Source of the DNA: a virus
Length of the DNA: 64,000 nucleotides
Strand: one strand, 5' to 3'
Virus record (IMG/VR): IMGVR_UViG_3300009506_000005
Span: 1 to 64,000 of that record
Both the position numbers and the translations under genes were made by a program. The notes under the pieces are model-generated. The model did no database searches and was not told the origin of the DNA. It worked only from the letters and a program-made list of their open reading frames with translations. Below are positions 9,708 through 19,168 of this stretch, piece after piece (the stretch's first letter is position 1; each line of letters opens with the position of its first letter).

Positions 9708-12164
9708 GTGAACCTAAAGGATTGGTTTTACAAAGAAGTGGTTTCCGAAGGGTCTATGGATCTCGCCTTCTCCTGGGTCGAGGATGCCGACTGGAACATC
9801 GCCCTGGACAACGTGTTTGAGGGTGTGCACTCCCAGTCAGAGCCACAGCAACACGGCGTTGGAGATCTGACGGTAGATATCCCGGGCCCGATCGTTGCCG
9901 GCGGGAAGGACGGGGAGCGCATCTACCTGTCGGACACGCTGGCGAACCTCGATTGTTCCGAGGACGAGTTCAACGTGTCCACGGCCGTCGTGAACCCGGG
10001 GAACTCAAAGATCTTGTCGCTGTTCATCCGATTCAAGCGCCGCCTGGAAGATCCCCGCACGGACGGTAACGGGCAGACGGTCTACACCAAGCAGTACGAG
10101 GACGCAGAGCTCTTCGTGCGCCAGGGGACAGAGGCAGTGTCACCGACGCCACCGGCCGTGCTGACTGACGCCATCCTCCTCGGTGACGTGACTCTGAGCT
10201 TCGGGCAGACGCAGATCCTGAACACGGATATCGACGTGACCCGGGCGGAGACCTGGCTGCGCTACGTCTCGCCGAACTTCGGGACGATCGCCTACGGGAA
10301 TGCGCGGGACGTGATGCTGGCGGCCCTGGCAATCGTGGACATCTTGTGGAACGCCTTTCCTTTCTCGTTCACCGACACGTGGTACGGCGGCGAGACGGTG
10401 GATGGCAGCGCGCCGCCGGTCACCTCGATCCAGGAGGCGCTCGACGCGATCGTCTATGACCTGGCCCTGGCCACGCTGGACACGGGCTCGGCCGTGCGCG
10501 TGGGCTCCAACTTCATCGGGACCCACGGCCACCAAACGCCGAACACGGCGATCACGTGGGGCACGGCCACCGCGCGATCGGTGCAGTACGTCCTGGAGGT
10601 GATCGCCGACGCCGTGGACGCCCACGTCTTCGGAGCACCCCCCGCGCACCCCGCCAGCGCGATCACGTTCTCGCCCTACTCCTACATCGCGGCCACGGAC
10701 GTGCAGGCGGCGATGCAGGAGCTGATCGATGATCTCGCTGAGAACAGCACGACTCCGGACGGCGCGGAGCGGATCGGCTTCGAGCCCCTCACCTCGGGCC
10801 CCCCCAACTACCGCGAGTACTTCGGGGTCGGCGACACGAACGCGAGGGCGGCGTTCCTCAAGCTCCTGGCCCTGCTCGATGACAAGACGGGCTACGACCA
10901 GAAGGAGGACATCCAGGAGGACTGGTTGCACCATGACAAGGCGCTCATGGTGAAGAACCTCATGGGCGGGGGGAACGCCTACGAGCTCGACATGCCGGAC
11001 GTGGCGGCCGTACCCCAGTTCAAGGCGGGTGCGTCCGAGACCCACATGTACATCCCGAACAAGACCTGGTTCAACTGGGGTGGCGCGCAGTCCTTCCGCG
11101 ACTCGGCGATGGTCTACATCAAGCCCGCGCGTCCGGCGAACCACGTCTGGGCCATGGCCTTCATCGATGACGTTGGCCTGGACGTCTACTTCGTCGATTG
11201 CCGGAACCCCTCGATCGGTGGCGCGGTTGTGCGCTCGATCGACCCGGGTGGTGGCGAGGTCCCGCGGGCCATCTGTTCGAGCGGCTCGCGGATCTACGTG
11301 GTCTACAACTCGGATGACGTCTATGCCTGGGACGTGGACGAGAATTTGAACGTCTCGCTGGCGTGGGGCGGCTCCCCGGCCGTCCTCCCCGCCGGCGCCG
11401 TCGGGCTCACCCCCGGCATCATCATGGCGGACGCCTCCACGCTCTGCACGGCGAACGACGGCATCGCCGGGCCGAACAACTACACCCTGATCAACGCGGG
11501 CACCGGCGCGGTCATCGGCTCGTTCAGTGGCTCGGCGTCGCCGGGCGCGACGGCCACGGGCGCCATCTGCTCGGCCAGGCACCCGGTCACGGGCGCGGCC
11601 ATCATCTACGCGGTCTCGGACAACGCGGGATCGGACGAGCTCAACGAGATGGACATCACCGGGGCGAACCCCGGGTACTTCGGTGGCGCCAACCCCACCC
11701 TGGGCCCGGGGGCGAGCTGGAACCACATCGCCTGCGACGGGCTCTACGTCTACCTCCCCGACCAGTCATCGAACGGCTCGATGTCCCGGTACGGCGTGGC
11801 GAACGCCTCGGCCGCGCCACCTGCCGGTGGGTTCGAGGCAGCGATGTGGGCGTTTGGCGTGGACTACTGGCTGCATGATGTGGTCTTCGATGGGATCCGC
11901 GTCTGGTACGACGTCTACAACCCGGCGGCCGCGCCCCTGGTCAGGAACACGAAGCTGCATGGCTTCGACCCCACGGCGATCCCCACGCTGGGATGGGGCC
12001 TCGGGCTTCCTCCAGAGAAGCTGGCCTACTACTTCTACCCCTACGCTGAGATCGCCAACCCGAACGAACCCGGGCCACTCGCCTTCGATGGTTCGAGTGT
12101 CTGGGCCATCCGTCTCGCTGGGCAGGACGAGATAACACGGCTTACGAACTCTCACCTCAGATAG
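9708..12164 (+). CDS. Tail fibre / receptor-binding protein
   Basis: HPASAITFSP..ATDVQAAMQEL fibre motif with repeated xVQxAL helices; C-terminal beta-propeller-like repeats (AFDGSSVW, VFDGIRVW, IACDGLYVY). Confidence 0.75.
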   Translation: MNLKDWFYKEVVSEGSMDLAFSWVEDADWNIALDNVFEGVHSQSEPQQHGVGDLTVDIPGPIVAGGKDGERIYLSDTLANLDCSEDEFNVSTAVVNPGNSKILSLFIRFKRRLEDPRTDGNGQTVYTKQYEDAELFVRQGTEAVSPTPPAVLTDAILLGDVTLSFGQTQILNTDIDVTRAETWLRYVSPNFGTIAYGNARDVMLAALAIVDILWNAFPFSFTDTWYGGETVDGSAPPVTSIQEALDAIVYDLALATLDTGSAVRVGSNFIGTHGHQTPNTAITWGTATARSVQYVLEVIADAVDAHVFGAPPAHPASAITFSPYSYIAATDVQAAMQELIDDLAENSTTPDGAERIGFEPLTSGPPNYREYFGVGDTNARAAFLKLLALLDDKTGYDQKEDIQEDWLHHDKALMVKNLMGGGNAYELDMPDVAAVPQFKAGASETHMYIPNKTWFNWGGAQSFRDSAMVYIKPARPANHVWAMAFIDDVGLDVYFVDCRNPSIGGAVVRSIDPGGGEVPRAICSSGSRIYVVYNSDDVYAWDVDENLNVSLAWGGSPAVLPAGAVGLTPGIIMADASTLCTANDGIAGPNNYTLINAGTGAVIGSFSGSASPGATATGAICSARHPVTGAAIIYAVSDNAGSDELNEMDITGANPGYFGGANPTLGPGASWNHIACDGLYVYLPDQSSNGSMSRYGVANASAAPPAGGFEAAMWAFGVDYWLHDVVFDGIRVWYDVYNPAAAPLVRNTKLHGFDPTAIPTLGWGLGLPPEKLAYYFYPYAEIANPNEPGPLAFDGSSVWAIRLAGQDEITRLTNSHLR

Positions 12165-12170
12165 TATAAT
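12142..12170 (+). promoter_or_regulatory. sigma70-type promoter TTACGA-N17-TATAAT
   Basis: Perfect -10 with 17-nt spacer at the end of the fibre gene, upstream of two membrane genes. Confidence 0.5.
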
Positions 12171-12178
12171 TGCCGAAG

Positions 12179-12703
12179 ATGTCTACCACCACTGGCGAGA
12201 GGTTGAGGATGGCACCGAGGAATGGCGATGGATCTCCAGACTATGAGGAAGCGTTCAAGCAGATCGGTGACAGGATGTCGGGGTTCAACGAGACCGTGAG
12301 CGGGCTTGCTGGAGACGTGCGCGGTATCGGTGAACGCCTGGCTCGATCTGAGGAGAGCACGAAAGGCCTGTGGAAGGAGATGCGGAGCACGGGTGAGAAG
12401 GTCGATGGGCTCCCGGACAAGATGCGGGAGATCGTCCGCGAGCACAAGACTGACTGCCCCGCAGCCGTCCGCGCGGATGAGAAGATCCGCAGGCGCACGG
12501 ACTCCAGGATCCCGATGCCGGAGCGTGACCCGTTCCGCGAGAGCTCGCAGCTCTTCCCCATAGATGCTGGAACAGGGCGCATGATCCGCAGCGATGGGAA
12601 CGGTGGCTATGTGATACCGAAGGCTGTCCTGTGGATCGGCTGCATCATCGGAATCGCCATCGCCGCCGGCGGCTGGCTACTCGCCACTCTCGGCGTCTTT
12701 TAG
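12179..12703 (+). CDS. Coiled-coil protein with C-terminal TM helix (possible lysis accessory); start uncertain
   Basis: Heptad region then VLWIGCIIGIAIAAGGWLLATLGVF. Confidence 0.55.
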   Translation: MSTTTGERLRMAPRNGDGSPDYEEAFKQIGDRMSGFNETVSGLAGDVRGIGERLARSEESTKGLWKEMRSTGEKVDGLPDKMREIVREHKTDCPAAVRADEKIRRRTDSRIPMPERDPFRESSQLFPIDAGTGRMIRSDGNGGYVIPKAVLWIGCIIGIAIAAGGWLLATLGVF

Positions 12704-12717
12704 AAAGGACTGGAACC

Positions 12718-13029
12718 ATGGAAGCGATGTTGTCCCCCGAGCTCTACACCCGCGTGGCCATCTGCGCGTTCGCCGTGTGGGCGGTCATGGCCGCGGCCAG
12801 GTCCGCGTTCGGTCTCACGCTGAACAGCCCCGCAGCTCGCCGCATCTTCCCCCTGGCCTCGCTCATTCTCGGCGTTCTCCTCATGATGATCCCCGCTGCG
12901 CTGCCAGAAGCATTCGAGGGCGGCTGGTACCATCGCGTGGTGCTCGGTATCATCTCCGGCGCCCTGGCCTCTCACGGCCGCACTTCATTCCGCCGTATCG
13001 CCGGCAAGGGCATCTCAAAGGAAGACTGA
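12718..13029 (+). CDS. Putative holin (3 TM helices, basic C-tail)
   Basis: 103 aa, three hydrophobic segments, RRIAGK tail, SD AAGGA, end of the structural module. Confidence 0.6.
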   Translation: MEAMLSPELYTRVAICAFAVWAVMAAARSAFGLTLNSPAARRIFPLASLILGVLLMMIPAALPEAFEGGWYHRVVLGIISGALASHGRTSFRRIAGKGISKED

Positions 13030-13121
13030 CCGCAGCCAGGTACAGTTGCGCTGCCAGACGCTTTCGCAAAAGTGGCAATGCGTCCTGGAACCGTCACTTC
13101 GCGGTACAGGCCGATCAAGTG

Positions 13122-13480
13122 TTCGCCATAAATTCGCCATAAATTCGCCAGCTGTTCATCTGTCGCTAGGCTCTCGACCAACAATGGCGAGGGTTTCCTT
13201 GACACCATCTCAATTCTCCTCGCTCACGTCCGACGTTTGTTGCCATGCATCTTTTGATATTTCTTATCGGCACCAACTAGCAACAAGACCCTGAGAGCCG
13301 CGTGGTTGCTGGCTCGCAGAGTCATGTGCGCCTTAGATGGACGAGAATGCGATCTGAGGGGTTCCTGTCAGCGAACATAGTCTGAATAGGTGGATAACGC
13401 TCGCGACGACTGAGGGCCATTCTCCGTGCGCTCAGGAGCATCCGATGAACGAGTGGTGAACTTATGGCGAAACCATGGCA
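13122..13480. repeat. Tandem TTCGCCATAAA repeats with an inverted partner ~320 bp away (attP-arm-like)
   Basis: TTCGCCATAAATTCGCCATAAATTCGCCA at 13122-13150; GGTGAACTTATGGCGAAACCATGGCAA at ~13455-13481. Confidence 0.6.
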
Positions 13481-13726
13481 AGAGTATGTCAACGCGTGAC
13501 AGGGTATGTCCGACTGATCGGGACACGGACCCAGGATCGGGTGGTGAATCGCTCGTTTTTCACGAAGTGTGATCGCGCGTTTTGACCCGGAAGAAACCGC
13601 CGAAATGTCGTGTACCTGGGTGGCTGCACGCGCCGCTATTCTAGAGAGGTGGTCATTTGTCTATTGTAAACGACGTGTTAGGGCGCCGTGCTCGCTGTGC
13701 CTGTTTTCAGATCGCGTGTTTTTTTG

Positions 13727-13755
13727 TTGACACGCCCGGCCACAAATGGCAGTGT
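13727..13755 (+). promoter_or_regulatory. Early promoter TTGACA-N17-CAGTGT (TG extended) with T-tract upstream
   Basis: Perfect -35, upstream TTTTTTT, 40 nt before the SD AAGGAG of the first early gene. Confidence 0.5.
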
Positions 13756-13795
13756 GATGTTGTTAGCGGTTCGCGCGATTCTGAAAGGAGACCAC

Positions 13796-14788
13796 ATGGC
13801 TGAGGCAAGCGAGACGATCAGAGACAGGCTCCGCAGGGATCTGAACCAGGCCGATGGTCGGGTCATTGGAGACGTTGTCATGTGGAACAGCCGCGCTATC
13901 CACGCCATGCGCGCGGACGTGGACAAGCTGCTCCACGACCTCGGCCTTGCCGATGACATCAAGCTCAAGAGCCCGGCGCCCGTCACCTGCTTTCGCAGGG
14001 CTGTGATCAGTGCGCGCCGAGGCCCGGAGGCGCGGGACTACGTGCTGGAGAAGCTGGGCGAGGACGATGATGAGATCGCCGTGGCAGTGCTCTCCAAGGA
14101 GACCATCGACAGGATCGAGGGGACCGAGAACTGCGAGAGTGAGCTGGCCCGGACCAAGGACCTCAAGTTCCAGTCCGAGTTCGTGGCCACGTTCAAGAGG
14201 GCCGTGGCCGAGGCCCATCCCCTCGCGTTCTCCAGCGAGCTCCTGGTCATCGACCCGCCCACCGTCCGGCATCCCATCGCGGACAAGATGGTGATGGAGT
14301 TCAGGCGGCTGCGAGACAGGTACACGGCTGTGGACATCTCCCGCGCCTTCATCGAGACGTTCGACAAGAAGTGGAGCGGCATCCGCCTCAAGCTCGATGG
14401 CGGGGCCTGGTTCATTCCCGCGGACCTCTCGGACAAGGTGGCGGCCTGGCGCTATCTCATGGCGAAGATCAAGGCGCATCCCGTGGTGCTCCCGCAGTTC
14501 GATGCTGGCGACACGGTGAGCGGCATCGCCGAGGCTGCGGCCGATGACCTCCTCTCGCAGGTGGACGAGATGCGGCAGGAGATCGAGGAGATGACGGACA
14601 AGACAAGGATCGGCACGATGGAGTCCCTGGCAGAGGTGCACTCCAGGATCAAGGCGAAGGCGAACATGGTCAAGCGGATACTCGGCAAGGAGATCGGCTC
14701 GATCGACAAGCTTCTGGACGAGGCGGACGACGCGCTCATGGAGCGCATGAACGCGAGGCGCAAGCCGGAAAGGAAGGGGACGAAATGA
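13796..14788 (+). CDS. DUF6744/DUF3150-like protein, partner of the AAA+/VWA pair
   Basis: IGDVVMWN N-terminus, IRL..DGGAWFIP motif, coiled-coil C-terminus; directly upstream of a MoxR ATPase. Confidence 0.6.
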   Translation: MAEASETIRDRLRRDLNQADGRVIGDVVMWNSRAIHAMRADVDKLLHDLGLADDIKLKSPAPVTCFRRAVISARRGPEARDYVLEKLGEDDDEIAVAVLSKETIDRIEGTENCESELARTKDLKFQSEFVATFKRAVAEAHPLAFSSELLVIDPPTVRHPIADKMVMEFRRLRDRYTAVDISRAFIETFDKKWSGIRLKLDGGAWFIPADLSDKVAAWRYLMAKIKAHPVVLPQFDAGDTVSGIAEAAADDLLSQVDEMRQEIEEMTDKTRIGTMESLAEVHSRIKAKANMVKRILGKEIGSIDKLLDEADDALMERMNARRKPERKGTK

Positions 14789-16044
14789 GCACCGCAGTGA
14801 AAATGGCTGAGGCAGCGGCGAACATGGCGCAGGCGGCGAAGGCGGGCGGCGTGAGCATGGATGAGATCCACGAGAACCAGCTTCTTGGAAAGGCGCGCAA
14901 GTCCATGCGCCAGCTCAGCGATGAGCTGAACGGAGCCTTCTTCGAGAGAGCGGCCCTGGTCCACGCCCTGATCCTGGGGCTGATCGCGAAGGTCAACGTC
15001 TTCTGCCTGGGGGAGCCTGGCGTGGCGAAGAGCGACCTCATCAACAAGTTCTCCCAGGCCCTCGGGCTCAAGTGCTTCGACATGGTGATCAACGGGGACA
15101 CCACGCCGGCCACCCTCTTCGGACAGCCGAACACGAAGCACCTGGAGGAGACCGGCCGCATCGCGAGGGAGGTGGAGAACACAGTCCTCGACGCGGAGGT
15201 AGTGAACCTGGACGAGTTCTGGAAAGGGAACAAGACCCTCCAGAACTCGTGCCTCCAGGTGTTCAACGAGCGGAAGTACACGGAGGGGTCGTTCCGCGTG
15301 GACTGCCCCATTCAGCTCGGGGTCATCGCCGGCAACGAATACCCGAAGGACCAGGACCTGGACGCCATCTTCGATCGGTTCCCGCTCAGGGTGCGGGTGA
15401 CGGATATCGAGGATGACGACGCCTTCGAGAAGCTGGCCTACATGCGGGGCTCCGGTACCATTGGTATCAATGTTCCCAAGCAGGAGATCGCCGCGTTGCA
15501 GCGCGCGGTGGATGACTTCACCTGGAAGAAGGAGAACGCCGCGAAGCTCCGGGTTATCCGCGCGGCGTGCCGGGAGGAGGGCTTCCACGCGAGCCCCCGC
15601 CGGTGGATGGCGGGGATCCGGCTCGTCATCGCGTCGGCCATCTTCCGGGGTAAGGACACCATCGGCGACGATGACTACCTGATCCTCGCCGCGTCTCTGT
15701 GGGACAACCACAACGACCGGTCCAAGCTCTACGGCCTGATCGGCCAGGCGGTGAACCCGCACGGCGCCCGGATGCGCGAGATCATGGACGGAGCCACGGA
15801 GAGCGTGCGCCGGCTCCCGGACCTCAGCTCGTTGAAGAACGGATCGATCACGAAGGCCGTGGCACAGGAGCAGGTCCTCACCGTGCAGACGGAGCTGGAC
15901 GAGTTCGAGAAGATCCTCCAGGAGATTTCACAGACCGCGGACGAGGGCGAGATGGGCGAGGCTTGGAGCAAGTTCAACGAGCTGCGGGATGTCGCCGACA
16001 ACGTGGCCACCGAGGTGACGAGGCACGGGCGCAGGAGCAGGTGA
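14785..16044 (+). CDS. MoxR/RavA-family AAA+ ATPase
   Basis: Walker A GEPGVAKS, Walker B VNLDEFWK, AGNEYP..LDAIFDRF, SPRRW sensor. Confidence 0.9.
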   Translation: MSTAVKMAEAAANMAQAAKAGGVSMDEIHENQLLGKARKSMRQLSDELNGAFFERAALVHALILGLIAKVNVFCLGEPGVAKSDLINKFSQALGLKCFDMVINGDTTPATLFGQPNTKHLEETGRIAREVENTVLDAEVVNLDEFWKGNKTLQNSCLQVFNERKYTEGSFRVDCPIQLGVIAGNEYPKDQDLDAIFDRFPLRVRVTDIEDDDAFEKLAYMRGSGTIGINVPKQEIAALQRAVDDFTWKKENAAKLRVIRAACREEGFHASPRRWMAGIRLVIASAIFRGKDTIGDDDYLILAASLWDNHNDRSKLYGLIGQAVNPHGARMREIMDGATESVRRLPDLSSLKNGSITKAVAQEQVLTVQTELDEFEKILQEISQTADEGEMGEAWSKFNELRDVADNVATEVTRHGRRSR

Positions 16045-17627
16045 TGATCAAGGACGTCCCGATAGACTTGCATGTGGACTACAGCGGCCAGGTGCGAGAG
16101 GTGACCGTCACGGAGGAGATCTCCAACCGGGCCCGCATCCTCGGCTCGTCAGTTGCCGCGGGTGCCGTGCAGAACGACAGGATCGACCTCTGCTACGAGG
16201 TTGGCTCGTTCGATCGCGCGCTGTGGAACGACCTCCTCGTTGGAGATTCCGTGGCCCGGGAATCGATGCGCGCCGGCCGCCAGCACTACGAGGCGTTCTC
16301 CTCCTTCGGGCGCGAGGTCTTCCACCGGCTCCGGGCCCATGCCCCGCAGAAGCTGGAGGAGCCCAACCCAGGAAGCGGTTGGGCGCAGCGCCTCCATGCA
16401 TCGGGGGAAGAGGACGTCGAGCGCCTGCGACAGAGGACCATGGGCGACAGGATCCGGTCTACCCACGCCACCATCGCCGTCTGCGACACGCTCATCGATC
16501 ACGTGGAGCACCCGAAAGAGCAGGTGCCGGACGCGCGCAAGGAGCAGGAAGCGGAGGAGATGATCCGGCGCATGGTGGAGCGGGCGAAGGATCCGGAGCG
16601 GAAGGAGGAGCTGGAGCAGGAGGCCGAGGCCATGGCCCAGCTTGCCGCTGAGACGGCCCAGAGTGCCGATGAGGCGGCGGAAGACATGGACGGGGTATCC
16701 ATGAGGGGGGCCATGCGGCGCGCCGTCCAGGCGGCGAATGAGAGGCTCGACGACATCGATGCGGTAGAGGACTGCTTCGGATTCGGCACCGGGATAGGAG
16801 ATCGCTCCATCCTCTCGGATCCATCCACCGCGGCGACGCTCGCCAACCTCCTCAAGCAGAACCGTGGCAAGCTGCGCAAGGTCATCGAGCTCGCCGGGCG
16901 CATGAAGCGGGACGCAGCGAACGAGCAGCGCAAGCAGCCGAGGTACGGCGTGGGAGAGCCCGTGGACGTCACGAAGGGAGACGATCTCCTGGACTTGATG
17001 CCGGAGGAGTACGTGAACCGCGCCATGCACCGGCCGCTCTTCTACGCGCGGTATCTGGATCGCGCGCTTCTCGTACGGAAGAGGACGGTGGACGAGCCCA
17101 AGAAGAAGGGGCCGATCGTCATGGCCATCGACTGTTCGGGGAGCATGGGCGGGGATCGGCATGCCTGGGCCATGGCCACGGCCATCGCCTACTTGCAGGT
17201 GGCCAGAGAGCAGCGCCGCTCGTTCGCCGTCTTCTTCTTCGACAGGCAGCTGTACGGCGAACAGCGTTTTCCGGCGAGCTCACCTGTTGATCCCGATAAG
17301 CTGATCGAGCTGCTCTCGTTCTCGCAGCCTGGGGGTGGCACGGACTTCGAGGAGCCTCTGAGCCGGTGCCGTCTGATCATCGATGAGGAGCCGGACTTCG
17401 AGCTGGCCGACATCATCATGATCACGGACGGCGAGTGCGTGGTTGGAGAGGACTGGCTCCAGGACTTCAACCGATGGCGCGAGGACAAGGGCGTGCGTGT
17501 CTTCTCCATCCTCATCGGCGTGAGGGCGGAGGGCAGCACGAACCAGGAATTCAGCAACGAGGTGGTCTCGCTGGACAGAGAACTGCGCAACGACAAGGAG
17601 GCGCTAGGCCTTTTCGGGAAGGTGTGA
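16044..17627 (+). CDS. VWA-domain protein (ViaA/CoxE-like)
   Basis: KGPIVMAIDCSGSM MIDAS, GGGTDF, ADIIMITDGE. Confidence 0.9.
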   Translation: MIKDVPIDLHVDYSGQVREVTVTEEISNRARILGSSVAAGAVQNDRIDLCYEVGSFDRALWNDLLVGDSVARESMRAGRQHYEAFSSFGREVFHRLRAHAPQKLEEPNPGSGWAQRLHASGEEDVERLRQRTMGDRIRSTHATIAVCDTLIDHVEHPKEQVPDARKEQEAEEMIRRMVERAKDPERKEELEQEAEAMAQLAAETAQSADEAAEDMDGVSMRGAMRRAVQAANERLDDIDAVEDCFGFGTGIGDRSILSDPSTAATLANLLKQNRGKLRKVIELAGRMKRDAANEQRKQPRYGVGEPVDVTKGDDLLDLMPEEYVNRAMHRPLFYARYLDRALLVRKRTVDEPKKKGPIVMAIDCSGSMGGDRHAWAMATAIAYLQVAREQRRSFAVFFFDRQLYGEQRFPASSPVDPDKLIELLSFSQPGGGTDFEEPLSRCRLIIDEEPDFELADIIMITDGECVVGEDWLQDFNRWREDKGVRVFSILIGVRAEGSTNQEFSNEVVSLDRELRNDKEALGLFGKV

Positions 17628-17695
17628 TTACCGTCGTGTGCGAACAGAGGAAACCCACGCCACGACTGGGCCACACTGATCCGCTCGGAAAAAAC

Positions 17696-17724
17696 TTGCC
17701 AAGCGGTTTTGGTGGGCGTACTGT
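17696..17724 (+). promoter_or_regulatory. sigma70-type promoter TTGCCA-N17-TACTGT
   Basis: Intergenic, A-tract upstream, 17-nt spacer. Confidence 0.55.
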
Positions 17725-17756
17725 GGATGAATTGAGCTAAGGCTCGCGGGGAAAAA

Positions 17757-18989
17757 ATGAAAGAGAATCGCATCATCACCACCCGGTCAGCCGGCCGTTT
17801 TCTGACTTGCCGCCGGCGCTATCGCATGGAAATACTAGGCAAGCTCTCAAGGAACTCTCGTCCGTTCCGCCGTTCCCGCGACATGGACGATGCCATCCGA
17901 GACATGCTCACCGCTGGGCACCTGGCCGTCTTCCATGGGGACAACCACGAGGTCCGGATGGAGCAGGCGCTCCACCACTGGCTGGAGGGCGTGGCCGGCG
18001 ATGACGAGGAGGCGCGCGAGGCGTTCAAGATCGCGGCCAATATCGCGAAGCGCTACTTCCTCACCATCAACACCGGTGCGATCGTATCGGACTCTGACGG
18101 CCAGCCGGTGATTGCCCGCCAGGTGAGTGCCCCCATCTCTGTGCCGTGCCTCAAGTGCGGCGGCCTGGGCTGTGAGAGCTGCCAGAAGATGTCCGAGCCC
18201 GGCTGGAGACGCGCGTCTCGCTGGGCGTTCGCCACCACCCTGGATCTGGCCGTCGAGAACCGTGGCGAGGCGTGGCTCATTGTGCGGCGCATGACAAGTG
18301 ATTCGGACCGCCGGAAGATCGCCGATGGCCTGGAGCTGCGCTTCAACGACAACGGTCTTGTCTGGGCGCTCTCCGCTATTCTCGGGCGCCCCGTGGCCGG
18401 TATCATGTACGAGGTGATTCGGCGCGCCATACCAAAGGATCCGGCGACTGTCAAGTGCCGCAAATGCGGGGGCAGCGGTACCGTCAAGAAGGGCTGGCAG
18501 GACACCGGTGGTGGCTGGCATGAGATGGAGTGCGATGCCTGCAACGAGTCCGGCGTGGGCGGCATCTCGAAGGCTCCTTGTGATACGGATCTGGAGACGT
18601 GGTGGGCCACGGCCAATAGGTACCCCCACCTCAATCAGGAGAAGCTCAAGGCCGATCACGCCAAGCAGCTCGAAGACCTGCGGAGCAACGGCGAGACCTT
18701 CATCTGGAGGTACGCCCGCCGCGTCTCCACCGAGGATATGGCCAGCTGGAGGAACGAAATCTACCAGGTGGCAAAGGACATCGAGCACGCGCAGCGAGAC
18801 GTCCGGTGGCCGCGGAATCCTGGAGCTTGCAACGCTCCGGGACGCCCGTGCCCCTACCGGATGATCTGCGCGAAGAAGAACCCATCGCAGATGGAGTACT
18901 TCTCCGAGGTCCCGGTGCCCGAGGCCCTTCAACCCTGGCGCCCGGCGTTCGCGCGGCAGGTAGCTGACGTAGCGAAGGCAGCGCCATGA
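17757..18989 (+). CDS. Cas4/RecB-like PD-(D/E)XK-fold protein with Zn-finger inserts, catalytic site degenerate
   Basis: N-terminal FLTCRRRY and C-terminal C-x6-C-x5-C (Fe-S staple); CxxCGGxG inserts; LDLAV..WLIVRRMTS where DxK is expected. Confidence 0.7.
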   Translation: MKENRIITTRSAGRFLTCRRRYRMEILGKLSRNSRPFRRSRDMDDAIRDMLTAGHLAVFHGDNHEVRMEQALHHWLEGVAGDDEEAREAFKIAANIAKRYFLTINTGAIVSDSDGQPVIARQVSAPISVPCLKCGGLGCESCQKMSEPGWRRASRWAFATTLDLAVENRGEAWLIVRRMTSDSDRRKIADGLELRFNDNGLVWALSAILGRPVAGIMYEVIRRAIPKDPATVKCRKCGGSGTVKKGWQDTGGGWHEMECDACNESGVGGISKAPCDTDLETWWATANRYPHLNQEKLKADHAKQLEDLRSNGETFIWRYARRVSTEDMASWRNEIYQVAKDIEHAQRDVRWPRNPGACNAPGRPCPYRMICAKKNPSQMEYFSEVPVPEALQPWRPAFARQVADVAKAAP

Positions 18990-19168
18990 GCGACTTCATC
19001 CAGTGCCCGCCGAAGTTCACTGACCTGTGCTGCAAGGTGTGCCGCGTGCGCCTGCGTGAGAACGAGCTTTCTGCGTCAAGGGCGAAGAGAATTCCGCCGC
19101 AGTGTCCGTACTGTGGATCGGTCCTGTTCAAGATCAAGGAACACGCGAGGAGGAATCATGCCGGATAG
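18986..19168 (+). CDS. Small Zn-ribbon protein
   Basis: CKVC..CPYCGS; ATGA overlap. Confidence 0.6.
   Translation: MSDFIQCPPKFTDLCCKVCRVRLRENELSASRAKRIPPQCPYCGSVLFKIKEHARRNHAG

Noticed and set aside
10140-11726. 528-aa minus-strand ORF
   Set aside because: Antisense shadow of the tail fibre gene
9708-12164. Diversity-generating retroelement or invertible tail-fibre cassette
   Set aside because: No reverse transcriptase, invertase, TR/VR pair or flanking inverted repeats seen in the window
15699-16043. 115-aa N-terminal extension of the VWA ORF in the track
   Set aside because: Overlaps the AAA gene; the coupled start at 16044 with SD AGGAG is more plausible
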